Source: Diplonema japonicum
Lineage: Eukaryota > Protista > Euglenozoa: Diplonemea
Direction of reading: 5' to 3'
Assembly (NCBI GenBank): GCA_964019335.1
Contig: OZ025684.1
Span: 496,001 to 560,000, forward strand
DNA: 64,000 nucleotides
The notes beneath the pieces are model-generated. The model did no database searches. It had not been told where the DNA came from and worked only from the letters and a program-made list of their open reading frames with translations. How positions within the stretch are numbered: the stretch's first letter is position 1; every line of letters begins with the position of its first letter. This document shows positions 30,122-40,927 of the stretch, piece after piece. Both the position numbers and the translations under genes were made by a program.

Positions 30122-31750
30122 CTAGTAAGGGTTGGTCCTGCAGCATTGAGGGAGTTTCGTGGGGTCGCTACCCTGCTTGCAAGAAGCATGACAGCAAGGT
30201 TGCGACATGAGGTCGGTGCCGTGGATTTGAGACGGGCCGAAGAGGCCAGGGGAGGCAAGGAAATCTACCTTGAGCTGTGTGATGTGGTCGACAATGTACT
30301 TGTACATGGGCTGCGTGATGTCGAGGGGGACGTGCTCGCCGTCGTCGTGGTGCAGGTTGAAGAGCAGAGGTGTGGCAAGGATGCCTGAGGAGTAGTTCCC
30401 TCTGCACGTGGGGACGAAGTAGTCGTCAGGGCAGTGCGAGCCAGTGGTGCGGTAGTGGACCTTCCACTCCCTCCACCTGATGGCGTTGAGGTTCTCAGGT
30501 CCCTGTATGTTCTTGTCAAGGTAGAAGAAGTAGTCACGGACAGCAGCCCCCTCTGCTGCCTTACCGTCGGCTGAGAACAAGAAAGACGACATGTCAACAG
30601 AGTCGTACACCCTGTCCGAAGGGGGGGCCACTCCTACGATCTGCAGCATGGTGGCGAAGAGGTCCATTGTCGAGGCGACCTCGCGTGTTAAAACTCCAGC
30701 AGCAACGTGTCCTGGCCACTTGATGATCCCGGGCACCCTCTGCCCGCCCTCCCACGTGGTACCCTTCCCGCATCGAAGGAGCCCCGCGTTGCCACCACGT
30801 TGAAGGCGTAACAGCGACGGCCCGTTGTCGGATGAGAAGAACACCAGCGTGTTGTCCTCGACGCCGCTCTCCTTCACAGCATCCAGCACGCTGCCGAGCG
30901 ACCAGTCCAGCGCTTTGATCGAGTCGCCGAACATGCCCCTCTGCGTGGTGTTCCAGAACATCCTCCCCGCGTAGTCGGGGTGGTGCGTGTGCTGGAACGC
31001 GTAGTACAGCAAGAACGGCTTCCCGCTCTTCGCAGCGCTCCTCACGAACCCCACCGCGGCATCGTTGTACCAGTCGTCGAGCGTCGTGAGGTTTGCAGGC
31101 TGCTGCATGATCTGCATGCTGTCTGCCGTCCCGTTGAACAAGGGGATCTGCACAGAGTCCTGCCCCGTGAGGCGGTACATCTTCATGTCCTCGTCGTAGA
31201 TGGGTGTCGTGGTGTGCATGGGCTCCGGGTTCGTCCCTGGGAAGCACGGCAGACCGGGGGTGCCTTCAGGGTTGTAGAAGCACAGGTTAGGGTCAGGCAT
31301 GTCGTGCGAGTAGGGGATTCCAGTCCAGCTGTCGAAGCCGTGCTTCGTGGGGATGTACTCCCAGTTCATTCCGACCCCCAGGTGCCACTTTCCAACCATT
31401 GCCGTCTGGTAGCCTTGCGTCTTGAGGAGGGACGCAAAGGTGGTCTCGTTTGAAGGAAGGCCGTACTGCGAGTACTGCACAAAGACGCCAGGCCAAACGC
31501 CGCTCCTTGTCTGGTACCTTCCTGTAAGCAGGCCGGCTCTGCTCGGAGAGCACACAGGGGAAGAGGTGTACATGTTGGCAAACTTCATCCCTTCAGACGC
31601 AAGCTTGTCAACATTGGGGGTGTCGCTCATGGGGTGCCCGTAGCACCCGAGGTCGCCGTAGCCGAGATCGTCAGCATAGAAAACGACGAAGTTGGGCTTC
31701 GCAGCAGATGCAGCAGCTGCGCAAAGCAGCACCATGGATGCGGAACGCAT
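30122..31750 (-). CDS. Arylsulfatase A-like (family S1) sulfatase, secreted/lysosomal
   Basis: KPNFVVFYADDLGYGD, CSPSRAGLLTGR, GKWHLG, SDNG, GKGTTWEGGQRVP. Confidence 0.96.
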   Translation of the reverse strand: MRSASMVLLCAAAASAAKPNFVVFYADDLGYGDLGCYGHPMSDTPNVDKLASEGMKFANMYTSSPVCSPSRAGLLTGRYQTRSGVWPGVFVQYSQYGLPSNETTFASLLKTQGYQTAMVGKWHLGVGMNWEYIPTKHGFDSWTGIPYSHDMPDPNLCFYNPEGTPGLPCFPGTNPEPMHTTTPIYDEDMKMYRLTGQDSVQIPLFNGTADSMQIMQQPANLTTLDDWYNDAAVGFVRSAAKSGKPFLLYYAFQHTHHPDYAGRMFWNTTQRGMFGDSIKALDWSLGSVLDAVKESGVEDNTLVFFSSDNGPSLLRLQRGGNAGLLRCGKGTTWEGGQRVPGIIKWPGHVAAGVLTREVASTMDLFATMLQIVGVAPPSDRVYDSVDMSSFLFSADGKAAEGAAVRDYFFYLDKNIQGPENLNAIRWREWKVHYRTTGSHCPDDYFVPTCRGNYSSGILATPLLFNLHHDDGEHVPLDITQPMYKYIVDHITQLKVDFLASPGLFGPSQIHGTDLMSQPCCHASCKQGSDPTKLPQCCRTNPY

Positions 31751-32122
31751 TGCTTTCTTTTTCTTTTTTTTTTTTTTTCTTTTTCCTAAATCCTTTGAGT
31801 GAAATTTAAAAGGGAACAAAACAAAACAAAAAAAAAAAAGAACAATAACATTTGCTGCTTCATAAACCACCTTGGCGTACGGGCACAAAAGAAGATGAGA
31901 AAGAAAGGGTATTTTCTTTTTCGAAAATAAAGAAGGAAGAGGGAATCAATGAATCGATGAAGAAAAATAGGAAGAAACCATCTTTTGATGGCAGTTATCG
32001 AGAGAAAGAAGACACGTACCTTTTTCGAATATAATACCAAATATTAGTAGATTCAAATAAACCGCCTGGCGTATGAGCAACTCTCCAACAAAATAAGTCT
32101 TAAAATGAAAAAGAAGAAGAAT

Positions 32123-32230
32123 TTTTATGACTTTATGTTTTTGTTATTCGCGCGAGCAAAAAAGGTCTTAAAAGCTGCGATTTTTTTTTTTTTTTTTTTC
32201 ACTCGGCACAAGTCGCATATAGTCATAAAA
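32123..32230. mobile_element. ~105-bp MITE, copy 1
   Basis: TIRs ttttatgactttatg / catatagtcataaaa; homologous throughout to the inverted copy at 51034-51128. Confidence 0.75.
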
Positions 32231-32436
32231 TCATTCTTTGAAATATAGTGGTCGGAGGTGTTTTCTTTTTTCGAGACTCCGAGACTTCTTGCAAAACTAA
32301 TGACGTCGGCCGGACTTTAACTTTCTCTAGGATGTATAAAAGAGGGGGGAGGGGAGGAGGGTAGTTAGTTAAAAATGAAAACACAGTGTTTGAGAATACT
32401 CTAAACCATTGTGTTGGGCTTGTTTCGCTGTGCCTT

Positions 32437-33498
32437 TCAGTTGGTCACTGGCTCATGCACGTCTTTCTCCGCCTTACCACCGCCACCACCGCTAGCACCG
32501 CCGACGGCAAGAGCAACACACGCCAGAAGAACAGCCACACAGCCGATCACAAGGGCGGCGATCGCAATATTCCTGTCCTCATCGTCGTCGTCGTTGTTCG
32601 ACGCAGAATCCTCGAAGGAGCGAACGTTCCTGGTGTTCAGGAGCTGCATGGGCCTGTTGTTCCCGAAGTACTGGAAGGTGCTGGGCTTCCACCCAAGGTT
32701 GTCCGCCACAACCAGCTCCTGTGTGAACATCATGGCGTTCCTGAAAGCCGTCAGCTGGGCAGTGCTCACCACACCCACCTCCTGCCTCACGTACCACTTC
32801 ACACCCTCAGTGCAGGGAGGGGTTGTGAGGGACCCGTCGTAGGTGTAGAAGCGCCTCGAGGCAAGAAGCCCAGCGAAGTCGAAGCTGGTGGTGGTGGGCT
32901 CCGTCTGCTTGTTCACCGTGTACTCGGCGGAGGCGTTGGCGTAGTTGTCGAAGCCAGACATCGGGACAGTGGGGAGGCGGTCGAAGAAGCCGAAGTGTTC
33001 GTTGGGGGCGGACCCTGCGGTGAACAAAGTCCCCACCACGAGGAGCTGGAACTTCTCGTTGGTGTCGGTGGTGTCCGCCAGTACGTGAACCATGTGCAGC
33101 TCGAGGTCATACAGCCCACCGCCGATCCCGTGCTCGCTGGGCGAGTGGAAGTGCATCTGCGCAAGGTTGTACCTCTTGTTCCCATTGTTGGGATCCAGGA
33201 GGTAGTTCCCATCGTTGTTCGTGGGGACCACCTCCACGTTGTGCTGGTTGTTGATGAGGTCGAACCCCAGGGCCGCCGTGTAGTGCATCTCGAGGGGCTT
33301 CAGCCCAGAGTCAGCGGTCACCCCCTGGATGTTGATCGGCGATTGTTCGGTCCCTGTCTTGCACACAGGGTTCGATGTTGCGGTGTCCCAGTTCGAGGGA
33401 CCCCTTGTGTCAACCTCACCGTACAGCCAGGGCTGCGTGTGGGTGGCTGCATGCACGGCAGCAAAGCTACTGAGAACAAGAGCGGCTCTGAAAGACAT
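32437..33498 (-). CDS. Alpha-carbonic anhydrase, type I membrane, copy 1
   Basis: QSPINI, QMHFHSPSEH, ELHMVH, YDGSLTTPPCTEGVKW; signal peptide and C-terminal TM. Confidence 0.96.
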   Translation of the reverse strand: MSFRAALVLSSFAAVHAATHTQPWLYGEVDTRGPSNWDTATSNPVCKTGTEQSPINIQGVTADSGLKPLEMHYTAALGFDLINNQHNVEVVPTNNDGNYLLDPNNGNKRYNLAQMHFHSPSEHGIGGGLYDLELHMVHVLADTTDTNEKFQLLVVGTLFTAGSAPNEHFGFFDRLPTVPMSGFDNYANASAEYTVNKQTEPTTTSFDFAGLLASRRFYTYDGSLTTPPCTEGVKWYVRQEVGVVSTAQLTAFRNAMMFTQELVVADNLGWKPSTFQYFGNNRPMQLLNTRNVRSFEDSASNNDDDDEDRNIAIAALVIGCVAVLLACVALAVGGASGGGGGKAEKDVHEPVTN

Positions 33499-33730
33499 GT
33501 TTGTTCTTAAGCTTTTGTTAATAATTGGCTGTGATGTGTGAAACAAACTTCATTGGTAGAGTGGAGGGAAAACAAGAAAGAAAAGCGGAGGGTATTTTGT
33601 GGCAAAGTAAGGTGTACATAGCGAAAGATGGGGCCAACTATCAGCGGATAGGAAGCTGGGTGTACGAGAATAGGGGGCATAATGCTCAACATGCTTTGGT
33701 GGGCAACCTTGAGAAAGGTACCCGTTAGTA

Positions 33731-34900
33731 TCAGTTATCTTCTGAAGTAGGCTCGGCAGCACCGCCCGTCTTGCCGTCCGGTTTACTGTCGACTGACCTG
33801 GCAACTGCGGCAGGAGGTCTGTGGTCTGCCTGTCCAAATTCCAAGTCCGGCTTACTGGCATCACAACCACTGTTATGTGAACTACGGCAGAGCGCTGCGC
33901 TCGCAATGCATAGGGCCATCCCGCTCAGAGCAATGGCAACTATGATGCGTGTCTCTTCTTTGTCATCGTCGTCCTCATGCTCATGGTCGCGATCCTCCCC
34001 AGCATGCGAGTCCTCGAAGGAGCGAACGTTCCTACTATTCAGAGGCTGTAAAGGCCTGTTGTCCCCGAAGTACTGGAAGGTGCTGGGCTTCCACCCAAGG
34101 TTGTCCGCCACAACCAGCTCCTGTGTGAACATCATGGCGTTCCTGAAAGCCGTCAGCTGGGCAGTGCTCACCACACCCACCTCCTGCCTCACGTACCACT
34201 TCACACCCTCAGTGCAGGGAGGGGTTGTGAAGGACCCGTCGTAGGTGTAGAAGCGCCTCGAGGCAAGAAGCCCAGCGAAGTCAAAGTTAGTTGTTTCCGT
34301 GCTCATGCGGTAGGCGTATTCAGCGGAGGCGTTGGCGTAGTTGTCGAAGCCAGACATCGGGACAGTGGGGAGGCGGTCGAAGAAGCCGAAGTTCTCGTTG
34401 GGGGCGGACCCTGCGGTGAACAAAGTCCCCACCACGAGGTACTGGAACTTCTCGTTGGTGTCGGTGGTGTCCGCCAGTACGTGAACCATGTGCAGCTCGA
34501 GGTCATACAGCCCACCGCCGATCCCGTGCTCGCTGGGCGAGTGGAAGTGCATCTGCGCAAGGTTGTACCTCTTGTTCCCATTGTTGGGATCCAGGAGGTA
34601 GTTCCCATCGTTGTTCGTGGGAACCACCTTCACGGAATGCTGGTTGTTGATGAGGTCGAACCCCAGGGCCGCCGTGTAGTGCATCTCGAGGGGTTTCAGC
34701 CCAGAGTCAGCGGTCACCCCCTGGATGTTGATCGGCGACTGTTCAGTCCCTGTCTTGCACACAGGGTTCGATGTTGCGGTGTCCCAGTTCGAGGGACCCC
34801 TGCTGTTCACTTCACCGTACAGCCAGGGCTGCGTATGAACGGAAGCACCGGCTGCGTGCACGGCAAAGCTACCGAGAACAAGGGCTGCTCTGAAAGACAT
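33731..34900 (-). CDS. Alpha-carbonic anhydrase, copy 2 (different TM and cytosolic tail)
   Basis: Same Zn-binding motifs; YDGSFTTPPC. Confidence 0.96.
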   Translation of the reverse strand: MSFRAALVLGSFAVHAAGASVHTQPWLYGEVNSRGPSNWDTATSNPVCKTGTEQSPINIQGVTADSGLKPLEMHYTAALGFDLINNQHSVKVVPTNNDGNYLLDPNNGNKRYNLAQMHFHSPSEHGIGGGLYDLELHMVHVLADTTDTNEKFQYLVVGTLFTAGSAPNENFGFFDRLPTVPMSGFDNYANASAEYAYRMSTETTNFDFAGLLASRRFYTYDGSFTTPPCTEGVKWYVRQEVGVVSTAQLTAFRNAMMFTQELVVADNLGWKPSTFQYFGDNRPLQPLNSRNVRSFEDSHAGEDRDHEHEDDDDKEETRIIVAIALSGMALCIASAALCRSSHNSGCDASKPDLEFGQADHRPPAAVARSVDSKPDGKTGGAAEPTSEDN

Positions 34901-35434
34901 GTTTGCGAAAGAATTTTCTGTGGTGGGTGTACAAGGGTAGGCACAAGCTGTTCATAATGCAACATGCGATACAACTGCTACCCTGGAGCATCCCTGATGC
35001 AATCAGGGGAAGCGATTGTGCCGTACGGGAGAGAAAATAAACAAGTAAACAAAGAGAAGCCGCAAAGGGATCTTGAACAAGAACTGCATCGCAACGATCA
35101 CAGGATTCTATAAAAATAGGCAGCCAGACAACGCGAGATATCCCCATCTGACATAGGGAACACCGCACGCAAAAACAAAAGCGGAGGGAAAAATCAACGC
35201 TCCAAATCTCTAAACCCGTCAAATAAAGTCCAGGGAAGGTACCCAATTTTCCAGAACTTCTTCTGTTGGCACTTCAGATCCTCTTTTTTTTTCCTGTTTG
35301 CGTTGTACTTCTAAGAAAAACCTGGTGGGGGAATCGATATCAAGGATCTATTGTATATTGAGACATTCATGACGTTTTAGAGATATGCGGCATAACGAAA
35401 AGGCTATAAAACAGCCGAAACAAATAAAAAAGTA

Positions 35435-35496
35435 GGAAGCCAGTGTTGGTGGCGCCCTGCAAGCACTGTCTACTTGATTACAGGACAAGCAACCTC
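35435..35496 (+). repeat. Diverged 5' fragment of the 23.2-23.9 kb element
   Basis: ggaagccagtg..ggcgccctgcaagcac..tacttgattacagg aligns with 23630-23690. Confidence 0.7.
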
Positions 35497-35661
35497 CCGA
35501 AAGTGTTCAAGAGCTTGCCAGTGAGCATCTACTACGTTCATGGCCTGCGGGTTTTTTTCTTACATCGCAGGCCTCCCACGTAGTAGCTTATTTGAGTTGA
35601 AATTTGTGCTATGGTATGATATCACCAATAAATAGCCAGCTTGGTTGGCTCATCAGTTGTC

Positions 35662-36729
35662 TTAGTTCTCAGCCACAGGTTCGTTCACGGCAGGCACCGT
35701 GCCCTTACCACCGCCACCACCGCTAGCACCGCCGACGGCAAGAGCAACACACGCCAGAAGAACAGCCACACAGCCGATCACAAGGGCGGCGATCGCAATA
35801 TTCCTGTCCTCATCGTCGTCGTCGTTGTTCGACGCAGAATCCTCGAAGGAGCGAACGTTCCTGGTGTTCAGGAGCTGCATGGGCCTGTTGTTCCCGAAGT
35901 ACTGGAAGGTGCTGGGCTTCCACCCAAGGTTGTCCGCCACAACCAGCTCCTGTGTGAACATCATGGCGTTCCTGAAAGCCGTCAGCTGGGCAGTGCTCAC
36001 CACACCCACCTCCTGCCTCACGTACCACTTCACACCCTCAGTGCAGGGAGGGGTTGTGAGGGACCCGTCGTAGGTGTAGAAGCGCCTCGAGGCAAGAAGC
36101 CCAGCGAAGTCAAAGTTAGTTGTTTCCGTGCTCATGCGGTAGGCGTATTCAGCGGAGGCGTTGGCGTAGTTGTCGAAGCCAGACATCGGGACAGTGGGGA
36201 GGCGGTCGAAGAAGCCGAAGTTCTCGTTGGGGGCGGACCCTGCGGTGAACAAAGTCCCCACCACGAGGTTCTGGAACTTCTCGTTGGTGTCGGTGGTGTC
36301 CGCCAACGAGTGAACCATGTGCAGCTCAAGGTCATACAGCCCACCGCCGATCCCGTGCTCGCTGGGCGAGTGGAAGTGCATCTGCGCAAGGTTGTACCTC
36401 TTGTTCCCATTGTTGGGGTCCAGGAGGTAGTTCCCATCGTTGTTCGTGGGAACCACTTCAACAGAATGCTGGTTGTTGATGAGGTTGAACCCCAGGGCCG
36501 CCGTGTAGTGCATCTCGAGGGGTTTCAGCCCAGAGTCGGCGGTCACCCCCTGGATGTTGATCGGCGATTGTTCGGTCCCTGTCTTGCACACAGGGTTCGA
36601 TGTTGCGGTGTCCCAGTTCGAGGGACCCCTTGTGTCAACCTCACCGTACAGCCAGGGCTGCGTGTGGGTTTCGTCGGCTGCGTGCACGGCAGCAAAGCTA
36701 CCGAGAACAAGAGCGGCTCTGAAAGACAT
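35662..36729 (-). CDS. Alpha-carbonic anhydrase, copy 3
   Basis: Same motifs; ATG chosen by alignment with the paralogues. Confidence 0.96.
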   Translation of the reverse strand: MSFRAALVLGSFAAVHAADETHTQPWLYGEVDTRGPSNWDTATSNPVCKTGTEQSPINIQGVTADSGLKPLEMHYTAALGFNLINNQHSVEVVPTNNDGNYLLDPNNGNKRYNLAQMHFHSPSEHGIGGGLYDLELHMVHSLADTTDTNEKFQNLVVGTLFTAGSAPNENFGFFDRLPTVPMSGFDNYANASAEYAYRMSTETTNFDFAGLLASRRFYTYDGSLTTPPCTEGVKWYVRQEVGVVSTAQLTAFRNAMMFTQELVVADNLGWKPSTFQYFGNNRPMQLLNTRNVRSFEDSASNNDDDDEDRNIAIAALVIGCVAVLLACVALAVGGASGGGGGKGTVPAVNEPVAEN

Positions 36730-36805
36730 GTTGTGAAATAGAGTATTCCTGTGGTGGGTTGCTTTGAGTACTGAAAGTAAAGAAACACAATAAACAAAAA
36801 GCAAA

Positions 36806-37264
36806 CTATTCATCGTACTGCAAGTGGCGGGAGACGAGGTGCCAGCCATCGGTGGAGTGACTGTATTCATACTCATCATGAACATTGCCTGCACGGATCA
36901 GTGCACCAGGGAAGCCCGAGGAGGGAGTGGTGAAGACAAAGAGCTGTGACTTGAGGACGACGCCCTCCTCATCGAGCACACCCTGGTCTGCCACTACTAC
37001 GTTTGAGAAGTTGAAAAGTGGTCTGCTGCCCGTGTCGAGCATCTCAATGTCGCTCTTGACTTCATTAATCACACGCACCGCCCCCTTCACTTCCGCCGGT
37101 CGTTCATTCCCTTTCTGAGACACATACACCACTCTGTGCCCTAAGTGCTTCTTTAACCCCTCAAAGTTCCTCTCGTTCATCGCCAGCGCAATTGACGCAT
37201 GGCACTGCTTCGCGCCCTCCGCACGGGCGAACATCGCTGCACGCTTTATCATGTGTGATGTCAT
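36806..37264 (-). CDS. SnoaL/NTF2-like small protein
   Basis: FSNVVV ... AGNVHDEY.....GWHLVSR C-terminal pattern typical of NTF2-like folds. Confidence 0.6.
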   Translation of the reverse strand: MTSHMIKRAAMFARAEGAKQCHASIALAMNERNFEGLKKHLGHRVVYVSQKGNERPAEVKGAVRVINEVKSDIEMLDTGSRPLFNFSNVVVADQGVLDEEGVVLKSQLFVFTTPSSGFPGALIRAGNVHDEYEYSHSTDGWHLVSRHLQYDE

Positions 37265-37453
37265 GTTGTTCTTGAAAAAGGTGTTGTAAGCAAGAAGCAC
37301 GCGAAGTAGCGACCGAGATGGCAAGCATCGAAGATTCAAAAAGTGTGGGCATAAAGATGCAAACGAGGCCGCAATCACAATGCTCGGAAAGCTTGAAATA
37401 GAAATAGGAAGACCAGCAGAAAAACTCATGTGATATGCAATCACTCTAAACAC

Positions 37454-38548
37454 TCAGTGTTGATTGCACTTGGCATGTAACTTGACAGGGGGCTCACCGG
37501 GAGCTGTCTGGCAAGGGACGTGGGCTTCGGGGATAGCGTTCCAAGCGGCGAGGTGAGTAGTGACGTAGCTGCAGCGTGTGAGAGGCATAGGCTGCATGCC
37601 GCGGCAGATGTAGGCGAGGAGGATGTCTGCGAACATGTACCGCACGTTGCTGTCATAGTGGATCCCATCACGCGAGTCGTGCGGTGTTGTCCTCGGCACA
37701 TGCACCATGTCCAGCACAGGCACATTGTGGCACGCAGCCGCCAGTGACAATGCTTCTCTGAACACAGGTACCTTCTTGTGGTGGTTGCACAGAAAGCATG
37801 GTGACGTCTTCGCACACTTCGGAGTGGCGTCTGTGTTCAGCCAGTGAGGCGGCACTACTACAAACTTCGCACCCGGCTTCATCCATCCTTTCACTTTCCC
37901 AATCCAGTCGCCCACCTTTTTGTAGAAGGCCTCCACCCCGCAGTGGTAGATCCCCATATCCCACATCCCGCTGTTCAACACCACATAATCAGCGCTGGCG
38001 ACGGACGCCCGTGTGAGGGGGTGGTCGCGGAACATGGCCTGCTTATGGGGCGGCTCTTCATTCAAGGCGGGCGCCCAGAAGAATTCAAACCCTTGATAGT
38101 ATCGTGGGCTGTGGTGTGCGTCGAACTCCTTTGCCTTCATAGTCAGGTTCTTCGGCACGCCATGGAGGAGCCCCAGCGTGTTCACGGATAACTCGCGCAT
38201 GAGTGAGTCCCCGAGGATCGTCACCTTGACGTGCTTCAAGCATTGCTCTACCTCGCGACTGCTGAAGGCGTGTAAGTTGCACTTCTCAGGTAACCACCTG
38301 AACCTTGATGCGTTGCTCCTGCCTACCCGCCCTGGGAAGATTTCGTTGTTCTTGCTGCAGTCCATGTCATGTGGCACCTCCGTCCCGGACCCCACATCCA
38401 AGCTCTCTACCAAAGGCGCCTCAAGATCTTGCAAAAAATGTCCTTTTGCATGCCGTTCCTCCCCCCCGCTCTCGCTGCCGACTCCCCAAATCAACAACAA
38501 AAATACTGTCCCTAGCGCTACAACGCACCTTTGCCCTCGGGTAAGCAT
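37454..38548 (-). CDS. SGNH/PC-esterase (TBL/CASD1-like) O-acetyltransferase or esterase, type II membrane
   Basis: N-terminal TM; RWLPEKCNL, ILGDSLMR, NSGMWD, DGIH. Confidence 0.85.
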   Translation of the reverse strand: MLTRGQRCVVALGTVFLLLIWGVGSESGGEERHAKGHFLQDLEAPLVESLDVGSGTEVPHDMDCSKNNEIFPGRVGRSNASRFRWLPEKCNLHAFSSREVEQCLKHVKVTILGDSLMRELSVNTLGLLHGVPKNLTMKAKEFDAHHSPRYYQGFEFFWAPALNEEPPHKQAMFRDHPLTRASVASADYVVLNSGMWDMGIYHCGVEAFYKKVGDWIGKVKGWMKPGAKFVVVPPHWLNTDATPKCAKTSPCFLCNHHKKVPVFREALSLAAACHNVPVLDMVHVPRTTPHDSRDGIHYDSNVRYMFADILLAYICRGMQPMPLTRCSYVTTHLAAWNAIPEAHVPCQTAPGEPPVKLHAKCNQH

Positions 38549-39677
38549 GTGTGCTGTAGACGAGCTTAGTAGGAATTAATATACTACAACACCAAGATGC
38601 GGTCTATGAAGGAGTGCAGTGCCAGATGCACAAGGGGCGAGAAAAGATAAGAGAAAGCTAGAAGGAACAAGAGATAGGAAAGTGCACACAAAACAAAAAA
38701 ACAAGAAAAACTCGTACACCACACAAAGCAACACCCCCCCACCAAAGTGTCTTCGAAAGAGTCGAAGGAGAGAGCCCCAAGATGGAAGAAAAAAAAAAGG
38801 AAGAAGGAAAAGGTAAACTGTGAGGTTAGGGCGCTCGGCTTAACCCCACTATTATTAGCTACTACTGTATCATCACTTGGTCCACAAGAAGAGGGCACAG
38901 GTGCACAGTTCCTTCTCGCATTGACCGCTATTAGTACAAAACTCGGTTTTATTGTTACAAAAAAAGGGGAGGGGGAAACAATAGCTATGAGCAACAGGCT
39001 GCTCGGGCTCGCTTTTTTTGGTGATCGGTAGACAATTGCGATAATTTCTTGATCCAGCAAGTATTTCTATAATACCAGCTTTCGTTAAGAGGGGCTTCCT
39101 GTCCACATAAAGGAAAAGCGGAGGAAGAAATGGGAGAAATACGTTGGCACAACAAATGCTAGGCTCAGACGTCTTTTTCACGATGAGCGTGGCACACACC
39201 GGCAGGGAGGAGGGGCGGGGGCTTCATTTTTTTTTTCCATTTTTTGTTTCTCTCTCAATTCGGGTACCCTAAAAAGAAAATCAATTGGGCTTCTGAATTG
39301 GGGCTTGGGCAGAGATAGATGACCAGAGTGGGCCATTGGTTTAGCAGTGCACTGTGATACGTGAATGCGCCCTTTTTGAGGCGACCCCATTAAAACGATG
39401 AAATTTCGTTGTAAACAATGGCTACCGCAAAACCAAAACGAAAAAATATTTCACCCTAGGAGGGGGGAGGGGAGAAAAACAAAAGAAGTGAATGTGCTAG
39501 AGTGAATCTTTTTCCTGCAGAGTTTACATTTTTGTTCTAATTCGTTCTAGTTCCTTGTTTTCTTTTCTGGCAACATATGAATAAGACTTAGCGGGGGGGG
39601 GGGGGGGGTGCTTATTTCTTCCCTAACTTCTTCGTTCACAATATCCTCACTCATTCATTCTTTTCCTCTCACCTGTC

Positions 39678-40715
39678 TCAAACAATTCCCTGAGGGTGCA
39701 CACAGCCAACAGGCGGCGGCTGGTAAGCAAGGGGTGCTTGCGGCTGATAGTTCTGGTTGTGTGTGAATCCGGGCTGCTGTGCTTGGACAAATGCATGTGA
39801 CGTAGTGTGTGTTCTGCTTGAAAAACCCCTGCGGCGCAAGTATGTGAACACGAAGCACCCCGCGCTGACGGCGACTGCCAGCACGATCATGGCAACAAAG
39901 CCCGAAAGAAACGAGTGGCTGTCGTTGTCGTTGTTGCTTGTGCCATAGTCGATGGTGGTGGGCTGTGCAGTGGCAGCGCCTTCGTAGGCCACCATGACGT
40001 CGCCTTCCTCATCAGCAAGCACCTCGTCGACTACAAGTTTCAGATGCCGTGCCTGCTTGTCCGTCTCGGTGCCCACGTAAAACTCGACTACAGTGGTCCC
40101 CCCCGACAACAGCCCCCGTCCGCGCCCAAAGCTGTTTCTTGCCGACTCGGACCCCACTGTGCCGCACACTGAAGGGTTGTCCATATCGGCATCAGTGATG
40201 GAGGGCGGTGTGCGTTGCACAGTGCAGCGCAGCGTGATGAGGACTTGTGTTGGTCGGCTGCACTGTGCCCTCCACGAAACATCCCTGAACAGATCTATCT
40301 CCAGCCCGCCCATACCGGGAACAAGCATTGTCAGGTTCTTCACCACCATCTGCCCGATGACCCACGCCCGGGTTTTACTCTCATCAGGCAGCTCTCGCTT
40401 GTAACATGGTGTAGATGGTGTAGTATTGTTATTAGAGAAGTCCTCGTCAGCATTTGCACTCGTCTCGTCATACCCAGACCTTCTGAACCCCCTTCGTCTG
40501 TAGTAATCACTATACGACCTGTGGTTGTACCTCCCAGCCATTACATGGTAGGCACCAGCACCAAGCACCACACCTCCTGCTGCCGCCAAGGCGTACTTCG
40601 CAGTGGAGGGCTTTGTGTACGTGCGGGTGGAGCGGAAGGCTCTGCTGCCCATACCTTTCCCCTCCGCGCAGAGGGCCAGCATGCTGAGTGCTATGAGGCA
40701 TGCAACCTTTAGCAT
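39678..40715 (-). CDS. Type I membrane protein of unknown function
   Basis: Signal peptide, Ala/Gly hydrophobic segment, TM followed by RRR, Gln/Pro/Tyr-rich tail. Confidence 0.75.
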   Translation of the reverse strand: MLKVACLIALSMLALCAEGKGMGSRAFRSTRTYTKPSTAKYALAAAGGVVLGAGAYHVMAGRYNHRSYSDYYRRRGFRRSGYDETSANADEDFSNNNTTPSTPCYKRELPDESKTRAWVIGQMVVKNLTMLVPGMGGLEIDLFRDVSWRAQCSRPTQVLITLRCTVQRTPPSITDADMDNPSVCGTVGSESARNSFGRGRGLLSGGTTVVEFYVGTETDKQARHLKLVVDEVLADEEGDVMVAYEGAATAQPTTIDYGTSNNDNDSHSFLSGFVAMIVLAVAVSAGCFVFTYLRRRGFSSRTHTTSHAFVQAQQPGFTHNQNYQPQAPLAYQPPPVGCVHPQGIV

Positions 40716-40896
40716 TTTATCACCCTTGTTGGTAAACATGGTATGTTCTTGCAAAACAGGACGGAAATAGTGTTATGGTGGTAAGGTGGTTATCGTGGTT
40801 TCTTCAAATCAAGAAGAAAGGGGGAAAAAGGGAGAAAGACAAAACTCACTATGTGGCCGGTTTCTGTCAATCTGCACTGGGCTACTGTCTTGCTTT

Positions 40897-40927
<31 letters not shown>

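Noticed and set aside
32386-36741. Long plus-strand ORFs (374 and 366 aa), and similar ones at 51733 and 63007
   Set aside because: Antisense shadows of GC-rich or repetitive minus-strand genes.
38841-38880. ctattattag resembling a kinetoplastid spliced-leader exon
   Set aside because: Only 10 nt match; the TTTCTGTAC..TTG/GT core is absent.
38584-39199. Overlapping ORFs between the SGNH and membrane-protein genes
   Set aside because: Low complexity, non-ATG starts, no motif.
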